DNA of 64,000 bases from an uncultured virus (IMG/VR IMGVR_UViG_3300037067_018977) (Duplodnaviria > Heunggongvirae > Uroviricota > Caudoviricetes), in the IMG/VR virus record IMGVR_UViG_3300037067_018977; one strand, given 5' to 3'. Below are positions 38,508-46,850 of the stretch, in pieces. Position 1 is the first letter of the stretch. Each line of letters starts with the position of its first letter. The notes under the pieces are model-generated. The model did not search any database and was not told the origin of the DNA. It saw nothing but the letters and a program-made list of their open reading frames with translations. Made by a program: the position numbers and the translations under genes.

Positions 38508-38891
38508 ATGTCGAGTCCCGTCGTTGCCGGAGCCATCACCAGCGTCTGCGTGGATGGCGGTGATGCCGCCGAGCTGCAGACCCGTGTACGCGCGGCGCTC
38601 GCCGCGGCCGCGGGCGGATCGGTGATCGCGGACTGTCGGATCGCGGGCACGGGCGTGGGTCCTCGCTGGCTCGCGGAGTTGCTGTTCACGGACACGCCGT
38701 ACGTCGGCGGAGCCGCGGCGGCGCTGACCGCAGCGTACTGCGTGCAGGGCGGCGATCCGGCCGAGCTGAATCAGCGCATCCAGGCGATCCTGTCCCTCCC
38801 GAACCAGACCTACATCGCGGTCGAGATCGCGGGAGCCGGAGCGGGCCGTGACTACATGGCGCTCATCCTGCAGGAGACTGGAATCGCCTGA
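38508..38891 (+). CDS. hypothetical protein made of two internal repeats
   Basis: CVxGGDxAELxxR...IAGxGxG twice; GAGGAG SD. Confidence 0.75.
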   Translation: MSSPVVAGAITSVCVDGGDAAELQTRVRAALAAAAGGSVIADCRIAGTGVGPRWLAELLFTDTPYVGGAAAALTAAYCVQGGDPAELNQRIQAILSLPNQTYIAVEIAGAGAGRDYMALILQETGIA

Positions 38892-38914
38892 ACGGCGAGT
38901 TGAAGGAGCCACCG

Positions 38915-39250
38915 ATGATTTCCGCAGACTACCGCGACGGGATCTTCAGCCAGGCGACGCCCGCGGCGGCGTACGGCAGCAAGCTGACCCAGTACAACGA
39001 CGGGTCGCTCGGGGGCTGCGCGGCGTGCGCAGGCGGCTTGGGCGATGCCGGCAAGTCCTTCCGCGACGGGATCTTCAGCACCTCGACGCCGAAGGCGGCC
39101 TACGGAGGCGGCATGCAGGCCTACTCGGACGGGTCGCTCGGAGCGCTCGACAGCGCCCAGATGGTCAAGTACGCTCTCGGCGCGCTCATCGTCGGCGGCA
39201 TCCTGTACGTCACGTTCGGGAAGAAGGGCCGGGGTCGGCGTAAGGGCTGA
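38915..39250 (+). CDS. putative virion membrane protein
   Basis: RDGIFS..AAYG..DGSLG twice; C-terminal TM. Confidence 0.75.
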   Translation: MISADYRDGIFSQATPAAAYGSKLTQYNDGSLGGCAACAGGLGDAGKSFRDGIFSTSTPKAAYGGGMQAYSDGSLGALDSAQMVKYALGALIVGGILYVTFGKKGRGRRKG

Positions 39251-39252
39251 CC

Positions 39253-39858
39253 TTGCCGGACGGGATCCTCGAAGCACTCGGACGCATGGCGTCCGGCATG
39301 CAGTTTGTGCCACCTGGCACGCCCGGCCGCGTCTGGGAGGAGCTGCGTCCTTGGCTCGCGAAGCTCGCGCTGCACGCTGCGCCCAAGTGGGTGCCGCGGC
39401 TTTCGTTCGGATTCCCGTGCAAGATCCCGGTGTACGTCGAGGGCACGCCCATCGGCCCCTGCCGGCGCGTGGCCGTGGGCGTCTGCGAGGTCTGCTCGGC
39501 GCCCTGCTGCCTGGACCACAGTCGGATCGATCAGTACGGGGACGCGATCTGCTACCTGTGCATCGCCGAGGCCATCCGCACGCGCCGTGTGGTGGGTCCG
39601 CGTCCGGGCCACGCCGCGCCTCCCGGAAAGCCGCCGCCGGCCGCAGAGGAGCAGCGCTGGGCTCGTAAGCTCCTGGACGTGACCGAGGACACCCCCTGGG
39701 AGGAAGTGCGCTCAGCGCACCGCAAGCTCAGCGCCAAATGGCATCCCGACGTGCACCGGGGCGAGAAGGCGAAGGCGCGGGCCGAGGCGAAGTTCAAGGA
39801 CGTACAGCGCGCGCTCGACGTGCTGAGTCGTGCCCGCGCGGCCCAGGAGGCGGCATGA
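39253..39858 (+). CDS. J-domain (DnaJ-like) protein with Cys-rich N-terminal region
   Basis: EEVRSAHRKLSAKWHPD...AEAKFKDVQRALDVL. Confidence 0.88.
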   Translation: MPDGILEALGRMASGMQFVPPGTPGRVWEELRPWLAKLALHAAPKWVPRLSFGFPCKIPVYVEGTPIGPCRRVAVGVCEVCSAPCCLDHSRIDQYGDAICYLCIAEAIRTRRVVGPRPGHAAPPGKPPPAAEEQRWARKLLDVTEDTPWEEVRSAHRKLSAKWHPDVHRGEKAKARAEAKFKDVQRALDVLSRARAAQEAA

Positions 39859-40032
39859 TCCAGTTCGAGTGGAAGGACGACCCGATGTACCCGCTGATCT
39901 GCCAAAAATGCGGCACGCTCCACTGCCGGCGCCACCGGTTGCACATGCTTTGGCTTCGGCTGAAGTGGCTGGTTTCCTGAAGCGCACCAAAAGTGGACGC
40001 TCGGCGCCGGCCGGCGATAGCCTGGTCGGGTC

Positions 40033-40311
40033 ATGAGCTACATCCAGGTGCGGCCCGGGTTCTATGGAATGCTGCAGGCGGACAGCCCCTGGGCCCCCGG
40101 CGCTCCCGGCTGGTCGAGCGCCCCGGTCCCCATGTGGGGCAACAACCCGAACCTCCGCGGCCCCGCGATGCTCGCCACGCACGGCTTCGGGCAGGAGTCC
40201 GTGAGCACGCCGGTCAAGGCGTTCACGATGCTCGCCTTCGGGGCGGTGGCGCTCGGTGCCCTGTGGTGGGGAGCGAGAGAGCTGGGCAAGCAGCAGGGCG
40301 GGAGACGCTGA
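40033..40311 (+). CDS. putative virion membrane protein
   Basis: MSYI start, HGFGQ, TM. Confidence 0.7.
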   Translation: MSYIQVRPGFYGMLQADSPWAPGAPGWSSAPVPMWGNNPNLRGPAMLATHGFGQESVSTPVKAFTMLAFGAVALGALWWGARELGKQQGGRR

Positions 40312-40577
40312 TGTACCAAGCGCTCGGCATCAGCTACCCGATCACGCTGCCCGTCGTCGGCAAGCAGAACATCGATGTCCCGGTGGACAGGATGAGCCAG
40401 GACGCGATCAACGCAGCCTGGCCCGTGCTGAAGGCGCGGCTCGACAAGGAGCTGCCGGGCATCATCGCCAAGAGCGCACCGGCTGCGATGACGCAGCTCC
40501 GGAGCCAGCTCATGGTTGCGGTGGCGATTCACCTGGCGGCGATCGGCCTCGCGGCGCTCTGGATCAAGAAGGGCTGA
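40311..40577 (+). CDS. putative virion membrane protein
   Basis: MYQALG, C-terminal TM plus KKG. Confidence 0.7.
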   Translation: MYQALGISYPITLPVVGKQNIDVPVDRMSQDAINAAWPVLKARLDKELPGIIAKSAPAAMTQLRSQLMVAVAIHLAAIGLAALWIKKG

Positions 40578-40580
40578 CTC

Positions 40581-40727
40581 GTGAGCTACCACCCGACGCT
40601 GGGCGAGATTACCAGGAAGCCGCCGGCTTCCGCGGTGGTGATGCCTCTCTTTCTGGTGGGCGCCGTGGGTATCTTCCTCTACATCTTCCGCAAGGAAGTC
40701 TTCGCGCCGCAGCGCAAGGCGGCGTGA
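40581..40727 (+). CDS. small virion membrane protein, 48 aa
   Basis: Not in ORF track; MSYHPTLGE...PLFLVGAVGIFLYIFRK. Confidence 0.65.
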   Translation: MSYHPTLGEITRKPPASAVVMPLFLVGAVGIFLYIFRKEVFAPQRKAA

Positions 40728-41161
40728 TGCACGGCTGTCGCGAGGTCCGTTTCCCATCCGGTCACCGCGCGGTGATGTGCGGTGATCCACGCACCTGGCA
40801 CCTTCCGATGCCGGGACCGGCTCCGGGGCAGTGTGCGGACGGGTCAGGCAACTGGCTCCCGTTGCGTTTCCCGGATGGATCGTGGAAGCCAGTGTGCCCG
40901 AGCGATCCGCTCTGGCCGCTCGCTCTCCGCCAGAACCCGCGCGCGCTCGGAGAGCTGTGTCCGCCGTGCACGATTCCGGTTGGGACGGAGTGCACGCCCT
41001 GCCCGCCGGGCGCCGAAGAGACGATGCCGGAATGCGAGGGCTGTGTCGGGGGCCGGGCTCCCGGGCCCAGTTTCTGGGAGCGCTCCCAGTTTTTGTTGCC
41101 GGTGATGGTTGGCGTAGCTACCACGCTGGCGGTGACCTGGCTCAGCAAACGCTTCGGTTGA
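40727..41161 (+). CDS. Cys/Pro-rich membrane-anchored protein
   Basis: RALGE, Cys repeats, C-terminal TM. Confidence 0.65.
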   Translation: MHGCREVRFPSGHRAVMCGDPRTWHLPMPGPAPGQCADGSGNWLPLRFPDGSWKPVCPSDPLWPLALRQNPRALGELCPPCTIPVGTECTPCPPGAEETMPECEGCVGGRAPGPSFWERSQFLLPVMVGVATTLAVTWLSKRFG

Positions 41162-41186
41162 CAGCACTGCTGTCGCCGTGCAATCT
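41158..41186 (+). promoter_or_regulatory. promoter TTGACA-N17-CAATCT with overlapping palindromic operator
   Basis: TGACAGCACTGCTGTCG at 41159-41175. Confidence 0.6.
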
Positions 41187-41192
41187 CGGTTG

Positions 41193-41597
41193 GTGACCAC
41201 CGAGACGGAGCTGACACTCGTGCGGGCTTTGGAACGCGCGCTCAGCGACGATCCGGAGCAACGCGCGGACGCACGGCGAACGCTCCGGCTCTACCACCTG
41301 AACCCCAACGTCACCGAGTGCACCCTGGAGACGTTCCGGGAAGTGCTGATAGGCAAGTCATCCGTGTACTTCAGGTTTCTGATGCCACCAGGGGCGACAG
41401 GCACGGGAGTGCGCGTTGCTATCGAGAGCGTCGGAGAGAGCCAAGAAGAGATCCTGCATGCCGTCCTGGCGGGTGCGGGGATCACCCAAGCAATCATCGT
41501 CGCACGACAGGGAGAGCTTGTGACGGTGATCGTGACTCAAACGGGTGAGCGAGCCCGCCGGGTGCGAGTGGAGTTCATGGGACGCCGGGAAGTGTGA
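41193..41597 (+). CDS. hypothetical protein
   Basis: GTG 6 nt below -10. Confidence 0.6.
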   Translation: MTTETELTLVRALERALSDDPEQRADARRTLRLYHLNPNVTECTLETFREVLIGKSSVYFRFLMPPGATGTGVRVAIESVGESQEEILHAVLAGAGITQAIIVARQGELVTVIVTQTGERARRVRVEFMGRREV

Positions 41598-41806
41598 TGG
41601 CGCGCCTAACCCATCTCCGAAATCGGGTGCACCAACCCTTTTACGATACGCTCGTGGAGCTGATGAAGGGAGAGACGCTAGACCTGCTGCTCGCGAGGCT
41701 CTATGGCGAATCTGAAGCGCAAAGGATTCTTGAGGATCCAGAGGCGCTAGGGCTTGCGCGCGCCATGCTTTGCCTCGGAGGCTACACATGGCGAGAGAAG
41801 GAATAA
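41597..41806 (+). CDS. small protein whose N-terminus copies the spliced capsid-like protein N-terminus
   Basis: LRNRVHQPFYDTLV versus IRERVHQP/FYDTLV. Confidence 0.7.
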   Translation: MARLTHLRNRVHQPFYDTLVELMKGETLDLLLARLYGESEAQRILEDPEALGLARAMLCLGGYTWREKE

Positions 41807-42003
41807 CCAGCGAGTCGCGCATGGTGCACCAACAGATCACGCTCGACACGGAGCAACGGGAGCGCCTACGAGTGTTGTCCGAGCGGACCCGGGTACCGCA
41901 AAGCGTGTTCATTCGGGAAGGCATCGACGCCATCTTGGAGCTGGCGGAAAACAACGGAAAACTGGCCAAGGAAGTGCGCGTGCTGATCCAGCGCTCGACC
42001 TGA
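41788..42003 (+). CDS. ribbon-helix-helix DNA-binding protein
   Basis: QITLDTEQRERLRVLSERTRVPQSVFIREGID. Confidence 0.82.
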   Translation: MAREGITSESRMVHQQITLDTEQRERLRVLSERTRVPQSVFIREGIDAILELAENNGKLAKEVRVLIQRST

Positions 42004-42045
42004 CGGCATTGACAGCAGGGGCGCCCCGCAGTAGCCATCGGAGCG

Positions 42046-42252
42046 ATGGCGCTGTGCGACGAAGACAGTCAGCTGGTGGAGGACTTCGAGGCAGCGGAGG
42101 CCAAAGCGAAGCGGCTGGGGCTGTCGTTCGTGGTGTGGAACGCGCAGGTGTATGTTTTGGAGCGCCGCGGGAAGGATGTGCACGATCGGTGGCTTCGTCG
42201 GTGGCTTCGGATGGCCACGGACGTAGAGGTGGCGCTGTGGGGGTCACTATGA
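42046..42252 (+). CDS. hypothetical protein
   Basis: Below TTGACA-N17-TAGCCA promoter (42009-42037). Confidence 0.6.
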   Translation: MALCDEDSQLVEDFEAAEAKAKRLGLSFVVWNAQVYVLERRGKDVHDRWLRRWLRMATDVEVALWGSL

Positions 42253-42457
42253 CGCTCGCCGAGCTGCCGTGTCCGTGCTGCGGTAAGCCAACCAGTAAGT
42301 TAGCTGTGCTGCGAAACGAACAGCTTTCGCGCCAGGCCGCCGTGGTGGAAGCCCGGGAGCGCTTGGCGCGCATTCCTGTTCATCAAGTGGAGCGCGTCGA
42401 GGTGGACCAGCGCCAGCTGTACGAAGCCCGCGCGCGGCTTGCAGAGATGGAGGCCAC

Positions 42458-42817
42458 GTGACTACAGAGTATCGAGAGAAGCGCCATCACTACGTGATGG
42501 AGGGGAAGGGGCGCGATGCCCTGAACCTCACCGAGGTCATGGCGCGCGACACGGAGACAAGCGGGGCTCTCTTCGTGCTGGAGAAGCTGATCGCAGAGAT
42601 CCGTGAACGGCTGGCGGCCGAGCACGAGGCTTATACCGCGTGCTCCGGCTATCCCAAGGCCTTGGCGGCACACGCGATCAAGCGCGGAGAGGTTACGCTG
42701 GGCCGGTTGAGTTTCGTTCATCACGAACTCACCATCTTCGAAGAAGAAGTAGAGAAACGCAGTCCGCTGTACGTCGACCCCGCGGACTACCCCACCGATC
42801 TGGAGCCCTACGAATGA
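42458..42817 (+). CDS. hypothetical protein
   Basis: GGAGG SD, GTGA coupling. Confidence 0.6.
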   Translation: MTTEYREKRHHYVMEGKGRDALNLTEVMARDTETSGALFVLEKLIAEIRERLAAEHEAYTACSGYPKALAAHAIKRGEVTLGRLSFVHHELTIFEEEVEKRSPLYVDPADYPTDLEPYE

Positions 42818-43428
42818 CCGAGCCGAAGAAAGAGCTGGAGGTGCCGCGCTCCGTCTGGGTGCGCGGCGGCACCACGAGTGGTGCGCACGATCGCCAGGAG
42901 CAGAAGCGGCTCTACGAGGCCGAGCAACGGCGGAGTCAACAGGAGGCCGAGATGCGCGCTCCGACGACGGGGATCTTGCCTCAGCATCTTCGGGACAAGG
43001 AGCTGCAGGGCGATGCTCCCGGCCACGCGAAGATGTCGAGCATGCGCCTCGGGTCGAGTCACGGGCATGCCTCGATCGTGCTCGGGCTCAAGCACCCCAA
43101 GGACGGGGAAATTCTGGACTGGGTGATCTGTGAGTTGATCGTGCAGCCCGATGAGCTGATCCTGAACCTCGCCTGCCCGCGTTGTGCTGCGAGCGGCGAG
43201 ACGGATCGCGTGCACGACCAGAACATCAAGGTGCACCAGAAGAACCGGATGTTTTGGCTCGACACGCGGCGCCAGGGGGAAGTCTGGGTCAACCCGAACG
43301 ACGCGAACGAGCACTACATCCTGGCCGGCACGATTACGAGCCAGGACTGGATGACCTGTCCCAACCGGGGGTGCGGGTGGAAGTTCAGGATCGAGGATTC
43401 GGTAGTGCACACATGGAGACCGGCGTGA
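42814..43428 (+). CDS. hypothetical Zn-binding protein
   Basis: CPRC ... CPNRGC. Confidence 0.65.
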   Translation: MTEPKKELEVPRSVWVRGGTTSGAHDRQEQKRLYEAEQRRSQQEAEMRAPTTGILPQHLRDKELQGDAPGHAKMSSMRLGSSHGHASIVLGLKHPKDGEILDWVICELIVQPDELILNLACPRCAASGETDRVHDQNIKVHQKNRMFWLDTRRQGEVWVNPNDANEHYILAGTITSQDWMTCPNRGCGWKFRIEDSVVHTWRPA

Positions 43429-43618
43429 CCGCGCGGCGCGGGAGTTGGCTCCTGCACGCGATGGTGGGGCTCTACCTGGTTGCGCTCGGTGTGATGGCGC
43501 TGATTCTGGTCTACCCGGACATGAACGCTGTCACGTTGGGTGTGCTTGCACTGGCTTATTCGCTGGCGTACATCGGCGCAGCGCTGTGCGAGCGCCGGAT
43601 GAAACAGGAGCGTACCTC

Positions 43619-43936
43619 ATGAACCGCCTGGAACGTCGCCGTCGCATGAAGCAGATGCGCATGAAGGTGCTGCGCGGGGGCAAGCCGGCGAGCGCTCCCC
43701 AGCTGGACACGTCCGAGCCGGCGGGCCTGCTCGCGAAGAAGCTGGACGGCTTCGTGCGCGACCAGTGCGCCGCCGATCCTCGCCTCGATCCATCCACCGT
43801 GCTCGCGGTGCTGCTCCAGCTCTCTGCGGCCCTGATCGTGGAGCTGAATGCTCCGGAGGCCGAGGTCTTTCAGGCGCTGGAGACGTTCACGGCGAACGAG
43901 CGGCAAGCCCGCAAGCTGCCGGAGCCGCCGGCATGA
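43619..43936 (+). CDS. hypothetical protein
   Basis: MNRLERRRR start, AGGAG SD. Confidence 0.6.
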   Translation: MNRLERRRRMKQMRMKVLRGGKPASAPQLDTSEPAGLLAKKLDGFVRDQCAADPRLDPSTVLAVLLQLSAALIVELNAPEAEVFQALETFTANERQARKLPEPPA

Positions 43937-44446
43937 GCCGAAAGAGGATCACGGCGGACTTCAACGCGCGGTTGGATGACGAGAAGTTTGTGGTGCGTCT
44001 GGGGGCTAGCCAAGTGAACGAGGTTGGGGGCGTGACGGACGGAGAGTTTGTCGAGCTGTGCGACGGAGAAGTACTGGCGTGGGCCACCGTGCGCGCGCGG
44101 AACGGGGCGTTCGTGGCCGAGGTGGTCGACTGGGTGCTCCGCGGAGAACGAACATGAGCCTGGTGTTCCGGACGGTGTTCGTGGTGGTCTACCACGACGG
44201 CGGCTGCCCCGAGGAAGGCTGTCCCCCGAGCAACGAGATGGCGTATCTCGCGTGGAGCAAGCACGAAGCCGCGGACTTCATCGAGCGGTGCAAGCGGCGG
44301 TCCGACTCGCGGTGGGAGAAGATGGAGATCAGGGAGCACACCGCGCTGGTGGACCCACACAAGGCCGTGGACCCGGACACGGGATTCGATGAGGCTTTGC
44401 TCGTGGAGCCGCTGTCGATGGGACCCCAACCCGGCTGGAAACGAAC

Positions 44447-44902
44447 ATGACCACCTATCAGCTGGATCCTAGCCCGGTGCGGGAGTTCACGAGCAGAGAG
44501 ATCGCGAAGATCATCGGCGTGCAGCTCGGTTACTTGGCCGGGGTGACGCTGGGAACTGCCAAAGCCACCGGCACCGTGATCACGCAGGAGGAGCTGTTTG
44601 GTAGCATGCAGACGGCGCTGCGCCTGGCGATGGAGATGGTCACCGAAGGCGGCAATCTGGAGAAGCTGGGGGACATCATCGCGCAGAACGAGCGGGTTGC
44701 CGTGGTCATGGTGCCCGTTCTGGGGATGGTGATGGATCTCGACAACTGCACGCCGGAGGCGGCGCGCACGGCGCTCGGGTGGTGGGCGGAGCACGAAACG
44801 GCGCTCGCGAGCTTGTGCGCCATGAGCATCGGGAAGTTCAGCGCGAACGCCGCTGTCTACGACCGGTTGTTCGAACAAGTCCGGCAGCAGCGGAAGGCGT
44901 AA
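44447..44902 (+). CDS. hypothetical protein
   Basis: ATGA coupling. Confidence 0.6.
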   Translation: MTTYQLDPSPVREFTSREIAKIIGVQLGYLAGVTLGTAKATGTVITQEELFGSMQTALRLAMEMVTEGGNLEKLGDIIAQNERVAVVMVPVLGMVMDLDNCTPEAARTALGWWAEHETALASLCAMSIGKFSANAAVYDRLFEQVRQQRKA

Positions 44903-45479
44903 GGCATGGCCAAGATCAAGAGCATCGTGTGCCACTGGTGCGGGGAGCTGATCTGGTCTGCCGAGTGGACGTTTGCGCAGCAACAGGCTGCTGAGGAAAA
45001 TGAGCGACGTGGCATCACGCACGCCTGTGAGCGCCAGCGCCAGGAGCGTGCTTTACGAGTGCTCGGTGGAGCAGGCCGATGAATCCTTCCCTGGTCTGCG
45101 AGGTGCTCGGCTACGGCCTGCCGCGCGGCAAGGTAATGGGCGTATTCAGCGGCGGCGGCGATGGTAGCATCACAATTCAGGGGCGCCTCGAAGGGACCTC
45201 GGGCCAGATTGCTCGCTGGAGCAAGGAGATCCGGGAGCGGTGCTCTACCCCGGACGGCTTTACCCTGGCAGCGCGTGACGAGCCTATTCGGCTGAATGCG
45301 TCGCGCTTGGGTTTTTGGATCTACTTGACGTGCCAGGATGAGTTGATCCGGCACAGCGTGAAGGAGGAACACCAGAACCCGGTCTGTCAGCTCTCGCTGC
45401 AAAGCAGAACGCAGTTGGCTGCTTTGCTCGGGGTGAGCGGGTTCGATGAACGGAGCGGCTTCCAGAAGGTCGAGCAGGC

Positions 45480-45779
45480 ATGACCGAGCTGATGGTCGGA
45501 GCGCTTGGGGGCCTTGTGGGAGCCGCCTTCTGGCACGGGCTGGTGATGCTCTGGCGCCGCAAGCGGTTCGTGGTGCGCACGCGAGAGATGGTGCTCGAAA
45601 GCCCAGACGTTGTGGAAATCCCGGGTCCGGATTCGGTGAAGGCCATGTGGTCGCAACCGCCAGGTGCGCTCTTGCATGGTGAGCCGGGGCAGATGGTGTT
45701 TCGTCCCGCGCCCCGGCGCAAGATCAAGAAGCTGTCCCAGCGGGAGAAGGCCTTGCGTGCGCTGCGAGGTGGATCATGA
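45480..45779 (+). CDS. membrane-anchored hypothetical protein
   Basis: N-terminal TM; ends KALRALRGG. Confidence 0.6.
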   Translation: MTELMVGALGGLVGAAFWHGLVMLWRRKRFVVRTREMVLESPDVVEIPGPDSVKAMWSQPPGALLHGEPGQMVFRPAPRRKIKKLSQREKALRALRGGS

Positions 45780-46060
45780 CCAAGGTGTCGACGGTGACAG
45801 GCTTGCTTCTGTGGGACATGGGGACGGTGTGCCCGGCGCTGATGCTGGCGTTGGCGAAGGGGACAGTCGTGTCACTTCTGCTGACTCAGGGACTGGCAGC
45901 AACCGGCTTTTTGACGCTGTGGGGCGTCGGGCTCGTGCTTCAAGTCGCGAGCTGGCGAAGATTTCGGAGAGAGCAAGCGCTTGCGGCGCTCGCTGGAGAC
46001 GTCGCCCGCTCACAAGGGTTTTGGGAGTGGCAGCTCAACCAGCGAGACCTGTGGCTCTGA
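45776..46060 (+). CDS. small membrane protein
   Basis: TMs then WRRFRREQALAALAG. Confidence 0.6.
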   Translation: MTKVSTVTGLLLWDMGTVCPALMLALAKGTVVSLLLTQGLAATGFLTLWGVGLVLQVASWRRFRREQALAALAGDVARSQGFWEWQLNQRDLWL

Positions 46061-46073
46061 CCGAAACTGCGAC

Positions 46074-46313
46074 ATGGACCTACTTCTACTTTTCGTGCTG
46101 GTGGACGTCAGTGATCTGATCGGACTGAGCGTGGTGCACACCCAGCTTGTGCTTATAGGTGCAAGCTTCCTGTCTATAGAGTACAGGCTGTGGCGACGTC
46201 ACCAACAGGCAGGGGCGCTGCGCGTGCTAGGAGGGAAACCGGCGATGGTGTACCGAAACTTCGCGGAGTGGTTGGTTGGAAACCCTGTGCATGTAGGAAG
46301 GGAAGGGTTGTGA
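46074..46313 (+). CDS. small membrane protein (paralog of next)
   Basis: WRR..ALRVLGGKPAMVYRNFAEWL...PVHVGREGL. Confidence 0.6.
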   Translation: MDLLLLFVLVDVSDLIGLSVVHTQLVLIGASFLSIEYRLWRRHQQAGALRVLGGKPAMVYRNFAEWLVGNPVHVGREGL

Positions 46314-46618
46314 GAGCAGTAGCGGTGCACGTGCTCTTGGGGCTCGTGTGGATGCACGGAGTGGAAGCCATGGGTGCAATCGCAATGGCGTTGGGTGCGC
46401 TTCACCTGCTCGAAGCCAGCTTTGCGGTTTACGTGGCAGTGGTCCTGGCTGGCGAGTGGCGCCGGTGGCGTCGCTACCAAACGTGGAGCGCGATCGGGGT
46501 GCTCGGCGGCGAGCCGACGCTGGTGTTTGCGAGCTTCACTGCTTGGCTCAACGCAAAGCCCGTGTGCGTAGGGTGTGAAGGACTGGTGCAATGGCGACGC
46601 GAAACATCTATCTCCTGA
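46310..46618 (+). CDS. small membrane protein (paralog of previous)
   Basis: WRR..AIGVLGGEPTLVFASFTAWL...PVCVGCEGL. Confidence 0.6.
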   Translation: MRAVAVHVLLGLVWMHGVEAMGAIAMALGALHLLEASFAVYVAVVLAGEWRRWRRYQTWSAIGVLGGEPTLVFASFTAWLNAKPVCVGCEGLVQWRRETSIS

Positions 46619-46850
46619 ACTGCCGCGAGTGCGACAGCTTCACCACAGCCACCGACAGCACGCGCACGTGTCTCTGCGGCAAGGCGTCGCTCCGTGAGCA
46701 CGGGCGGGAATTGATGTACGACGGCGGCCCATTGCGCATTTGGGCGCTGTCCTGGGAGGCGTACGACGGAGCGCAGCTGCACGAGGCCCAGCGCATCCGC
46801 GTCATTTTCGAGAGTCCACGGTGGCGGAGTTCAGGTAAGGTACCAATCGA

